The position numbers and the translations under genes were made by a program. A DNA stretch of 64,000 nt from contig CAWGJT010000005.1 of assembly GCA_963822965.1 (NCBI GenBank), forward strand, positions 256,001-320,000, written 5' to 3'. Below the pieces are notes generated by a model, which was given only the letters and a program-made list of their open reading frames with translations, made no database searches and was not told where the DNA came from. Of the stretch, positions 42,706-51,365 are shown one piece after another. The stretch comes from an uncultured delta proteobacterium. GTDB taxonomy: Bacteria > Myxococcota_A > UBA9160 > UBA4427. Within the stretch, counting starts at the first letter, position 1, and every line of letters starts with the position of its first letter.

Positions 42706-43794
42706 GCGACGATTCGGGCTCCACACGCGCAGTGCGCGGGCCGCGCGGGCCGGTCCTCGAGCCGCGGCGGGTGATCGTCACCCACGCGGACCAGCCCATC
42801 GGCCGGCGCATCGTCAAGCTCCTGTTCCACGACGACGGGGTGGAGTCGATCCTCGCCCTGGGCGACGGCCCGCCGCCGCGATCCTTCGACCGCTTCCTCG
42901 CCTCGCCCGGCGGTCGCCTCCGCTATGCGCGCGTCGACCTGGGCCACCACCGTCCGGTGGCGGATCTGTTCCGATCGCCCATCGTGCGCGCCGCCGCCAT
43001 CGACGCGGTGATCCACGTGCCCCGTCACGGACCGTCCGAATCGCCCGGCCGGCCCGTGCTGGCGGGGGTCGCCACGCGGACCGCCGAGGCGCGGCTCGTG
43101 CTGCAGCAGTGCCTGCAGACCCGCTCGATCCGCGACCTGGTGGCGCTGGGCAGCGCCTTCGTCTACCGGCTGGCGCCGGGGAACGCGAACCGGGTGACCG
43201 AGGACAGCGAGCTCCAGCTCGATCCCGAGACCCCGGCCGAGGTCCGCTCCTGGGTCGACTGCGACATGATCTTCCACGGCGAGCTGCACAACGAGAACCT
43301 GCGCGTGGTGCTGCTGCGGCTGCCGACGGTGGTGGCGACGGGAGGAGCCGTCTTCTTCAACCCGATGCTGTCCGGGTCGGAGGGTCGCGGCGTCTGGCCC
43401 ACGCCGGATCTGCGGCCCCTGGGCTACGACCCGCTGTGCGCGCTGATCTCCGACAAGGACGTCGCCCGGGCCTCGCGCCAGGCCCTGCACGCGCACCCGC
43501 GCCGGCGTGTACAACGTCTCGGGCCCCGAAGCCGTGCCGCTCTCGGTGCTGAGCCGCTGGACGGGCCATTGGAACGTGGGGGTCCCGGGACCCCTGCTGC
43601 GGACGGCCGCCCGGGTGGCCACCCTGGCGGGCGCGGGCTGGCTGCGACTGGCGGCGGACGGCCCTCAGCTGCGTCACGGCTTCACCCTGGACACGACTCG
43701 GGCCGAACGCGAGCTGGGCTTCCGACCGGGCTATCGCATCGGGCTCGCCCGCGCCGGAGACGGCCGCGTGCGCCTCGAGACCGCCCCGATCTAG
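42702..43794 (+). CDS. epimerase/dehydratase-like protein with degenerate Rossmann motif (frameshift near 43500)
   Basis: VIVTHADQPIG, LRLP, LGYDPL..LI...DVARA, YNVSG, LDTTRAERELGFRP. Confidence 0.75.
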
Positions 43795-44006
43795 CCCTGA
43801 TCCGTCAACCGGATCAGGGCGCAACTCCCAATGCTGTTCGGATTCACGCGGCTGCTCGGTCCGTGCCGCGATCCGAGTCCGGCACCAGGATCTCACGACG
43901 ATGAGGTCGTCACGCTCAGGCTGATTCGAGCGATCTCGCGGGATCCGCAAGGGCTGGCGGGCCCTGCGGCACGCGAGAAGCTCGAGGAACGCCGCATTGG
44001 GGCTAG
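43791..44006 (+). mobile_element. CTAG-flanked MITE-like element, copy 3 (216 bp, longer derivative)
   Basis: CTAGCCCTGATCCGTCAACCGGATCAGGGCGCAACTCCCAATGC...CGCATTGGGGCTAG. Confidence 0.7.
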
Positions 44007-44419
44007 CTGCTAGCGGAGCCTGGGGATCGATCCGGGCGGGGGTTCAGTCCCGCCGGGAGAGCTTCTGGGTCCTGGCGACGTCGCGCTCGAGCTGGGCGCG
44101 CAGCTCGTCCACTCCAGGGCGAGGACCGCGACCAGGACCCCGACGGTGCGCCGCGGCGTCCGGCGCGTCCGATGTGGCTTCGGCTTCGGGCATGGGCAAC
44201 CTATCGGCGGCAGAGGCGGACGACACGAGGCGCGCGCCCACCCCTCGGAGCCCGCTCTCGATCGCCGGCCGCGAAGAGCCGATGTCCGGGGCCCCTCGGG
44301 GAGGCGGCGGGACGACGGCGCGGGGGCTCCCAGGGCAGAGGCCCTCCGCTATTCTCCCGGCCCCGATCCGGCCCCGCGGCCGTCGGATCTCCCCGAAGCT
44401 CTCGAAAGAGAAAGAGAAA

Positions 44420-44986
44420 ATGGCAGTCGACACGTCCCAGTTCCGCAACGGGCTCAAGATCGAGCTCGACGGCAATCCCTTCGTCATCACGTACTTCCAG
44501 CACGTGAAGCCGGGCAAGGGCGGCGCGTTCGTGCGCACGAAGGTGAAGAACCTGCTCAACGGCAAGGTCATGGAGCGGACCTTCCGCTCGGGCGAGAAGT
44601 GCGAGCAGCCGGACATCCGGGAGAGCCGCATGCAGTACCTCTACGCGGACGGCTCGAGCCTCGTCTTCATGGACACGACCACCTACGACCAGACGCCCAT
44701 CCCGGCCGAGGTCGTCGGCGACGCCGTCAACTTCCTGCAGGAGAATGCGGAGGTCGAGGTGCTCTTCTGGAAGGGCGCTCCCGTGAACATCGAGCTGCCC
44801 TCGTTCATCGAGGCCGAGGTGACGAAGTCCGACCCGGGCCTGAAGGGAGACACCAGCTCCGGCGCCTCCAAGCCGGCGACCATCTCCACCGGTGCCACCG
44901 TGCAGGTGCCCCTGTTCATCAAGGAAGGCGACGTGATCCGCGTGGACACGCGAACCCGGGAGTACGTCGAGCGGGTCAACCGCTAG
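44420..44986 (+). CDS. efp: translation elongation factor P
   Basis: FQHVKPGKGGAFVRTK, PGLKGDT, QVPLFI..G..IRVDTR..EYVER. Confidence 0.97.
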   Translation: MAVDTSQFRNGLKIELDGNPFVITYFQHVKPGKGGAFVRTKVKNLLNGKVMERTFRSGEKCEQPDIRESRMQYLYADGSSLVFMDTTTYDQTPIPAEVVGDAVNFLQENAEVEVLFWKGAPVNIELPSFIEAEVTKSDPGLKGDTSSGASKPATISTGATVQVPLFIKEGDVIRVDTRTREYVERVNR

Positions 44987-44991
44987 CCTCC

Positions 44992-46308
44992 GTGGCCTTC
45001 GACCGGTCGCTCAAGCGGGGGGGGCGCGATGCCGCGAGCTCGCGCGCGGCGAGCGCCGGCTCCGAGTCGCACGCCAAGCCGCGCCGGGCGGTAGTGCTCT
45101 CGGGCGGCGGCGCCCGCGGCGCCTACGAGGCAGGCGTGCTCCGCTTCCTGCTCGACGAGTTTCCCCAACGCACCGGGCTCGAGCCGCGCTTCGACATCGT
45201 CTGCGGCACCTCGGTGGGCGCCATCCACGCCTGCTACCTGGCCGCCACCGCGGAGGGCGGCGCCGGTCGCGGCCAGCGACTCGTCGACATCTGGCGCGAC
45301 CTGAAGGTGGAGGAGGTCTTCCACTTCACCCCCAGCAGTCTGATGAGCCTGCCGCGCCGGCTCCTCAGCGTGCGGCGTCTGGCCGACCAGCTGCGCGCCG
45401 GCCAGCGCCCCGATCGCCTGTTCGGCCTGCTCGACACCGAGCCCCTCGAGCGCCTGGTGCTCGACGCCATTCCCTGGCAGAACATCCGCCGCAACCTGCG
45501 CGAGGGCCACATCGAATCGGTCTGCATCGCGGCCACCCAGATCGCCACGGGCCTCGCGGTGGTCTTCGTCGAGCAGCTCGCGGAGGACATCCCGAGCTGG
45601 ACCTCGGAGACCAACATCCGCATGCAGCCGATCCGGCTGATGCCCGTACACGCCCTGGCGTCGGCGGCCATCCCCATGCTCTTCCCGGCCGTGCGGGTGG
45701 GGTCGCGCTACTACGCGGACGGCGGGCTGCGCCTCAACACGCCCCTGGCGCCCGCCGTGCGCATGGGCGCGAACCGGGTGCTGGTGATCGGCCTCTCCCA
45801 CGGCGTGCGGCCCACCGTCAACGAAGCCCTGGCCCAGCAGCGCACGGCGGGCTTCGGCAACCCCATGTACCTGTTCGGCAAGGTGCTGAACGCGTTGATG
45901 CTGAGCCCCCTGGACGCCGACCTGGCCCGCCTGCACTTCATCAACGAGATCATCGACAACGGCGAGGAGGCCTTCGGGCCGGACTTCCTCGCAAAGCTGA
46001 ACACGGCGGCCTCGCGCCGGGAGACCCGCGGCATCCAGCGCATCGTCGACCTGACCATCCGCCCGTCGACCGATCTCGGGCTGCTCGCGGGCGATCTGGT
46101 GAGCGGCGCCCGGGGTGAGTTCGAGCTGTCCACCTTCCATCGCCTCTTCATGAAGGCCTTCAGCGCGGACCCCAGCGCGCAGGAAGCGGACCTCCTCTCG
46201 TACCTGCTCTTCGACCACAACTTCACGGAGCCCCTCGCCGAGCTGGGACACGCCGACGCCCTGGCCCGGGAAGAGGAGCTGATCGCGTTCTTCTCGGACG
46301 ACGAGTAG
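44992..46308 (+). CDS. patatin-like phospholipase
   Basis: LSGGGARGAY, GTSVG, ASAAIP, DGG. Confidence 0.9.
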   Translation: MAFDRSLKRGGRDAASSRAASAGSESHAKPRRAVVLSGGGARGAYEAGVLRFLLDEFPQRTGLEPRFDIVCGTSVGAIHACYLAATAEGGAGRGQRLVDIWRDLKVEEVFHFTPSSLMSLPRRLLSVRRLADQLRAGQRPDRLFGLLDTEPLERLVLDAIPWQNIRRNLREGHIESVCIAATQIATGLAVVFVEQLAEDIPSWTSETNIRMQPIRLMPVHALASAAIPMLFPAVRVGSRYYADGGLRLNTPLAPAVRMGANRVLVIGLSHGVRPTVNEALAQQRTAGFGNPMYLFGKVLNALMLSPLDADLARLHFINEIIDNGEEAFGPDFLAKLNTAASRRETRGIQRIVDLTIRPSTDLGLLAGDLVSGARGEFELSTFHRLFMKAFSADPSAQEADLLSYLLFDHNFTEPLAELGHADALAREEELIAFFSDDE

Positions 46309-46347
46309 GCTGCGGGAGCCCATTGGGCTCTCGGCTAGTCTCCGGGC

Positions 46348-47326
46348 GTGCGCGGAGACCAGCTCGCAAGGCAGTGGCAGCTCGTCCAGCACCTGGCCCG
46401 AAGCCGGAGCGGGCTCGGCCTCGACCAGCTGGCCGAAGAGCTCGACTGCGTGCGCCGCACGGTCTACCGCGACCTCGACGCGCTCATGTACGCGGGCTTC
46501 CCGGTCGTCTCCGAGAAGCGCGACGGGCACGTCTTCTACCGCTTCCTCGACACCTTCCAGCTCGGCGACGTCCCGTTCACCGCCGACGAGATCCTGGCCC
46601 TGGCCTTCGGCGCCGACCTGCTGCGCAGCCTCGAGGGCACCGTCTTCCACGACTCGATCCGCTCGGCGCTCGCGAAGATCCGCGCCGGGCTCGGCCCCGA
46701 GCTCGCGGGATACCTCGAGCGCCTGGGCGAATCGTTCCGGGTGCTGCCGGGACCGCACAAGCGCTACGTCGAGGCGCGCGAGACGATCCAGACGCCTGAA
46801 CGACGCGGTGCTCGGCCGCCGCACGGTGCGCATGCGCTATCGCACGGGCAGCACCGGCGCCGAGAGCGAGCGCGAGCTCGAGCCCTACCGGGTGTGGTAC
46901 CGGGGCGGCGGGCTGTACGTGATCGGCCACGACCGCAAGAGCGGCGAGATCCGCACCTTCGCGGTCGATCGCATCCGGCACATCGAGCCCACCGACTCGC
47001 GCTTCGCCGTCCGGGACGACTTCGACTTCGACGCCTACACGGCCTCGTCGTTCGGCGTCATCGCCGAGCCCGCGACGCGGGTGCGCATCGTCTTCGAGCC
47101 GCGCTGGGCCACCTACGTGGAGGAGCACACCTGGCACCCGAGCCAGCAGCTCGTGACGCCTGCCCGACGGGGGGCTCGAGCTGTGATGGAGGTGGGGGGC
47201 ACCGCCGAGCTGCGGAGCTGGGTGCTGTCGTTCGGAGCCGGGGCCCGGGTGCTCGAGCCGGAGGGGCTGCGCGAGGAGGTGCAGACCGAGCTGGCCGCCG
47301 CCCTGGCGCGCTATCGCGATTCCTGA
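46348..47326 (+). CDS. HTH-WYL-WCX transcriptional regulator (frameshifted)
   Basis: LAEEL.C..RTVYRDL..L, RELEPY, LYVIG, RTFAVDRI, WVLSFG...VLEP..LR. Confidence 0.9.
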
Positions 47327-47399
47327 CGCGGGGGCGACTCCCCCCGCCGGAGTTTGACGCTTTCGTGGAACGTGCCAGTCTGGCTTCGAGGAGGCTCGA

Positions 47400-48443
47400 C
47401 TGACCGCGAACCCCGCCACGCCCGAAGCCACGCCCGCCGCCGGCGGGCTCTCGCGCGCCGAGAGCGGCCTGCGCGCGCTGCCGAGACGGATCCTCACCAT
47501 CGGGCTGGTGGTCGGCCTCCTCGCCTTCTCACTCGCGACCCTGCCGCTCTGGGGGCTGGCCGCCGGCGCGGTCGACCTGGGCGCGCGAGGCCGGCGCTCG
47601 GCCCTGCGCTGCGCGGGCTTCCTCCTCTGGTACCTGGCCTGCGAGGGGGTCGGTCTCCTGGCGATCGCCGCCGTGAACGTCGCGCGCCTGGGGGGCCGGG
47701 ACGCGTTCCTCGACGCCAACCGACGCCTGCAGGACCGCTTTGCCCAGGCGCTCTTCGCCGGGGCGCGCTGGATCTTCGGGGTGCACCTGGTGGTCGAGGG
47801 CGGCGAGGCCTTCGGCGGCGGGCCGGTGCTGGTCCTCATCCGACACGCCAGCGTCGTCGACACGCTGATCCCCACCCTGGCCGCCTCGATCCCGTACGGG
47901 CTGCGCCTGCGCTACGTGCTCAAGAGCGAGCTGCTCTGGGACCCCTGCCTCGACATCGTCGGCAACCGCATGGGCCACTACTTCGTGCGCCGGGGCTCCG
48001 GGGATCCGGACCGCGAGGTGGCGGGCGTGGTGGCCCTCGCCCAGGGCCTCGGGCCCCACGACGGGGTCCTGATCTATCCCGAGGGCACGCGCTTCTCCCC
48101 CGCCAAGCGGGAACGGGTGCTGGCGAAGCTCGAGCAGGAGGGAGACCGCGATGGGCTCGCCCGGGCCCTGGCGCTCCGCCACGTGCTGCCGCCCCGGACC
48201 CAGGGCACCCTCGGCCTGCTCGACGCAGCGCCCGAGGCGGACGTGGTCGTCTGCGCCCATACGGGGCTCGAGTCCACGACGAGCTTCTGGGACCTGTGGA
48301 CCGGAGCGACGGTGGGGCGCACGCTCCGGGCACGCTGCTGGCGCATCCCGCGCGCGGAGATCCCGCGCCGGCGAGAAGAACGCGTGACCTGGCTGTACGA
48401 TCAGTGGCAGCGGGTCGACGACTGGATCGAGGCGTCCTCATGA
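47400..48443 (+). CDS. 1-acyl-glycerol-3-phosphate acyltransferase-like protein (start uncertain, CTG after GAGGAGG)
   Basis: RHASVVD, YVLKSEL, IYPEGTR. Confidence 0.85.
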   Translation: MTANPATPEATPAAGGLSRAESGLRALPRRILTIGLVVGLLAFSLATLPLWGLAAGAVDLGARGRRSALRCAGFLLWYLACEGVGLLAIAAVNVARLGGRDAFLDANRRLQDRFAQALFAGARWIFGVHLVVEGGEAFGGGPVLVLIRHASVVDTLIPTLAASIPYGLRLRYVLKSELLWDPCLDIVGNRMGHYFVRRGSGDPDREVAGVVALAQGLGPHDGVLIYPEGTRFSPAKRERVLAKLEQEGDRDGLARALALRHVLPPRTQGTLGLLDAAPEADVVVCAHTGLESTTSFWDLWTGATVGRTLRARCWRIPRAEIPRRREERVTWLYDQWQRVDDWIEASS

Positions 48444-49249
48444 CCGGATTCTGGATCGCGTCCCTGTCCGAGCTGGCACTCGTGCTGGCGGCCCTGTCGG
48501 CGGTGTGGCTGCTGAGCCTGGCGCTGCGCGACGCGAGCATCGTCGACATCGCCTGGGGCGCGGGCTTCACGTTCGTGGCATGGACCTCGGCCCTGCAGGC
48601 GCCCGCGCTCGGTCCGCGCGCGCTGCTCTGTGTCGGGCTGGTGACCTTGTGGGGGCTGCGACTCGCCGGCTACCTGCTCTGGCGCAACTGGGGAGCCGGG
48701 GAGGACCCGCGCTACGTGCGCATGCGCCGGCACTGGGGCGCCCGCTTCCCGCTGGTGAGCCTGGCCACCGTCTTCTGGCTGCAGGGCGCCCTGATGTGGG
48801 TGGTGTCGCTGCCGGTGCAGCTCGTGGTGCTGCGCGCGGGGGATGCCCCGCTCGGAATCTTCGACGTCCTGGCCGTGGGGGTCTTCGCATGCGGGCTCGG
48901 CTTCGAGGCCGTGGGCGACTGGCAGCTCGCCCGCTTCAAGGCGGATCCCGCCAACGCGGGACGCGTCATGGACCGCGGCCTGTGGGCCTGGACGCGGCAC
49001 CCCAACTACTTCGGCGACAGCGTCGTGTGGTGGTCGCTGTGGATCCTGGCGCTGCCGCTCTCGTGGGGCTTCGCGACGGCGATCGGGCCCGCCGTCATGA
49101 ACTGGTTCCTGGTGCGCGTCTCGGGCAAGGCCCTGCTCGAACGCGGGCTCTCCCGCACGAAGCCCGGCTGGGCCGACTACGTGGCGCGGACGAGCGGCTT
49201 CCTGCCTCGGCCGCCCCGGGCGTCGCGATCGCCGGAGCCGACGAGCTGA
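48440..49249 (+). CDS. DUF1295 (steroid 5-alpha reductase-like) membrane protein
   Basis: SIVDIAWG, EDPRY, FEAVGDWQL, GLWAWTRHPNYFG. Confidence 0.9.
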   Translation: MTGFWIASLSELALVLAALSAVWLLSLALRDASIVDIAWGAGFTFVAWTSALQAPALGPRALLCVGLVTLWGLRLAGYLLWRNWGAGEDPRYVRMRRHWGARFPLVSLATVFWLQGALMWVVSLPVQLVVLRAGDAPLGIFDVLAVGVFACGLGFEAVGDWQLARFKADPANAGRVMDRGLWAWTRHPNYFGDSVVWWSLWILALPLSWGFATAIGPAVMNWFLVRVSGKALLERGLSRTKPGWADYVARTSGFLPRPPRASRSPEPTS

Positions 49250-49257
49250 GACGAAGA

Positions 49258-49289
49258 GGAGGCGGGACGCGCACGCGCGCCCCGCCTCC
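49258..49289. terminator. GC-rich hairpin between convergent genes
   Basis: GGAGGCGGG...CCCGCCTCC. Confidence 0.4.
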
Positions 49290-49301
49290 GTCCGGGAAGT
49301 C

Positions 49302-50378
49302 CTACTGGGCCGTCGCCGCGAGATCGAGCTTGAACTCGCTCGCGCTGCGGTCGGCGATCATGCCCTTCTCGCGCCAGCGGCTCTCGGTGCGCTCGGTGAG
49401 GAGGCCCAGGTTGCGCAGGTTCGGCACCACCGTGTGGGTGTAGATCATGCTGTTCAGCTCGGCGAAGTTCGGCAGCGCGGTGACCATGTGCGTGGTCATC
49501 TCGGGATCGATGCCGTACTTGGGGCCGAAGATCTTGAGCATGTCGAGCTGCTGGTTCGCGTTGAGGGCCTCGAGGATGTTGTACGACCAGTCCTCCATCT
49601 CGGCCATCTGATCGCCAGAGGCCTCGCGCACCACCCGGCGCATGGTCAGCACGCCGAAGGCCGCGTGGCGCGCCTCGTCGCCCTGCACCCGGGCCAGGAT
49701 GTCGCTGAAGAGCGGGTTGCGGCACTCCTGCCGCATCAGGTCCATGATGCCCACGGCCATTCCCTCGAAGAGGGTCTGCATGCCGAGGGTCTTCTTCTGG
49801 GGCCCTTCGGCCTGGAGCAGCATCTCGAGCAGAATCTTGAGCGTGCCGCCGATGGGGTAGATCGTTCCCATCTTCTCCGAGAGGAAGCGGGCGAAGACCT
49901 CCACGTGGCGGGCCTCGTCGGCCACCTGGCTCGCCGCGTAGAACTTCTCGTCGAGCTTCTCGCACACGTTGGTGAGCTGACCGCAGAGCTGCAGGGCCGC
50001 CTGCTCGCCGTGCAGAAGCTGGGAGACCGTGAAGGCCAGCTCGTCGAAGGCGGCGGCCTTCTGGGTGGCCTCGTCCTTGCCCATCATCTTGGTGAGGTTG
50101 GCGAGCATCGAGGCTTCGGGGTTGAGCACCCAGTCGTCCTTGGAGACGGGCGCGCTCCAGTCCACGTCCTGGGCGGCGTTCCACTGGCCCTGCTTGCCCT
50201 TCTCGTACAGGTTCCGCAGCTCCGTGACCTCGCTGCCGTACTCCCAGGTCCAGTGCAGCTCGACGGGGGCCTGCACGTCGAGCTGGTCGCGCAAGCGCGT
50301 GAGCTCGCTCTCGTCCACCCAGTCGATGATCTCGAAGTTGCCCAGCTGCTTGCGGTGATCGGCGAGAATCTTGTCCAC
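49302..50378 (-). CDS. ferritin-like diiron protein (AurF-like oxygenase/desaturase fold)
   Basis: LHGEQ, DEARH, EG, DEARH carboxylate-diiron pattern. Confidence 0.8.
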   Translation of the reverse strand: MDKILADHRKQLGNFEIIDWVDESELTRLRDQLDVQAPVELHWTWEYGSEVTELRNLYEKGKQGQWNAAQDVDWSAPVSKDDWVLNPEASMLANLTKMMGKDEATQKAAAFDELAFTVSQLLHGEQAALQLCGQLTNVCEKLDEKFYAASQVADEARHVEVFARFLSEKMGTIYPIGGTLKILLEMLLQAEGPQKKTLGMQTLFEGMAVGIMDLMRQECRNPLFSDILARVQGDEARHAAFGVLTMRRVVREASGDQMAEMEDWSYNILEALNANQQLDMLKIFGPKYGIDPEMTTHMVTALPNFAELNSMIYTHTVVPNLRNLGLLTERTESRWREKGMIADRSASEFKLDLAATAQ

Positions 50379-50481
50379 GTGTTGCTCCTGTCTGCACCCG
50401 GCGACGTCCGGGGGGCGCGTTGTTGTCGGTGCTTCCGGCCCTGCGGCCGTCAGTCGTTTCGGCCTTGCGGCCGCAGATCGT

Positions 50482-51183
50482 TCAATCCATGGAATCGGAA
50501 CCGCCGCGCGAGATCCCGTTCCGGACGAGCGCCTTCAGCTGACGCTTGCGCTCGCCGACCTGATCGGCGGAGAAGATCGGGGCCCCGAGGATTTCCTCGC
50601 CCAGCTCTGCCGAGGCAAAGTGGTAGACGGTGGCGCCGATGAGGGTCTGGGTGAGGTGCCCGGGTGACACGTCCCGAAACGCGCCGCTGGCCACGCCCTC
50701 GGCGACCAGGCGCTGGAAGCCCACGATGAGCCGGGCGAGGGTGGCCTCGTAGGGCGGCGGGTCGGCGGGGTCGTACACGCCGGCATCGTCGTCCTCGAAC
50801 AGGCTCCGCAGGGCGAGCCGCGCGGTCGTGGGATGCTCGGCGAGGGCGTCCACCATGGCATCGATCAGCAGGTCGAGGCGCTCGGCCGGACCGACGCTCG
50901 CTCGCAGCGCGGGCCCGAGCCGCACCTCGAGCCGATCGAGGACGCGTGCCAGCACCTCGTGATAGAGGTCGAGCTTGGTCGGGAAGTGGTGGAACAGGGA
51001 GGACTTGCCGAGCCCCACGCCCTGAGCGACCTCGCGCAGGCCGATGCCCGCGTAGCCCCGCCTGGCGAACAGCGCCTCGGCGACATCGAGGATCTTGGCG
51101 CGGGAGTCGCCCGACTCGGCTCCGCGCGGACGGACCGGAACCGAACGCGGCGCGGACGAACTCTGGCTGGGGAGGGCCGGCAT
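50482..51183 (-). CDS. TetR/AcrR family regulator
   Basis: ILDVAEALFARRGY...REVA..VG...SLFHHFPTK. Confidence 0.93.
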   Translation of the reverse strand: MPALPSQSSSAPRSVPVRPRGAESGDSRAKILDVAEALFARRGYAGIGLREVAQGVGLGKSSLFHHFPTKLDLYHEVLARVLDRLEVRLGPALRASVGPAERLDLLIDAMVDALAEHPTTARLALRSLFEDDDAGVYDPADPPPYEATLARLIVGFQRLVAEGVASGAFRDVSPGHLTQTLIGATVYHFASAELGEEILGAPIFSADQVGERKRQLKALVRNGISRGGSDSMD

Positions 51184-51191
51184 TCCGGGCG

Positions 51192-51220
51192 AGCCTACCG
51201 ACCGATCGGTCGGGTGTCAA
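51192..51220 (-). promoter_or_regulatory. sigma-70 promoter of tetR with a 16-bp palindromic operator in the spacer
   Basis: TTGACA-CCCGACCGATCGGTCGG-TAGGCT; perfect palindrome at 51198-51213. Confidence 0.8.
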
Positions 51221-51365
51221 CGGGAAAGCGAACCCAGGACGGGCCCGGACAGTCTACTGACAGAGCGGCGACCGAAGCGTGAATGCGGGGTAGGCTGTGC
51301 GCCCCCCCGAATGGCCCCCTGCTCACGACCCGGGTCCGGTCCATGGAAGCGCCTTGAGAAGCGCT

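Noticed and set aside
44044..44193. Small minus-strand ORF ending ELRAQLERDVARTQKLSRRD
   Set aside because: No clear RBS or recognisable homology; cannot be supported
44992..47326. Patatin plus WYL as an anti-phage (CBASS-like) system
   Set aside because: No cyclase or other defence genes; context is efp and lipid metabolism
50430..50485. Imperfect ~26-bp tandem duplication between tetR and the diiron gene
   Set aside because: Two degenerate units only; no evidence of function
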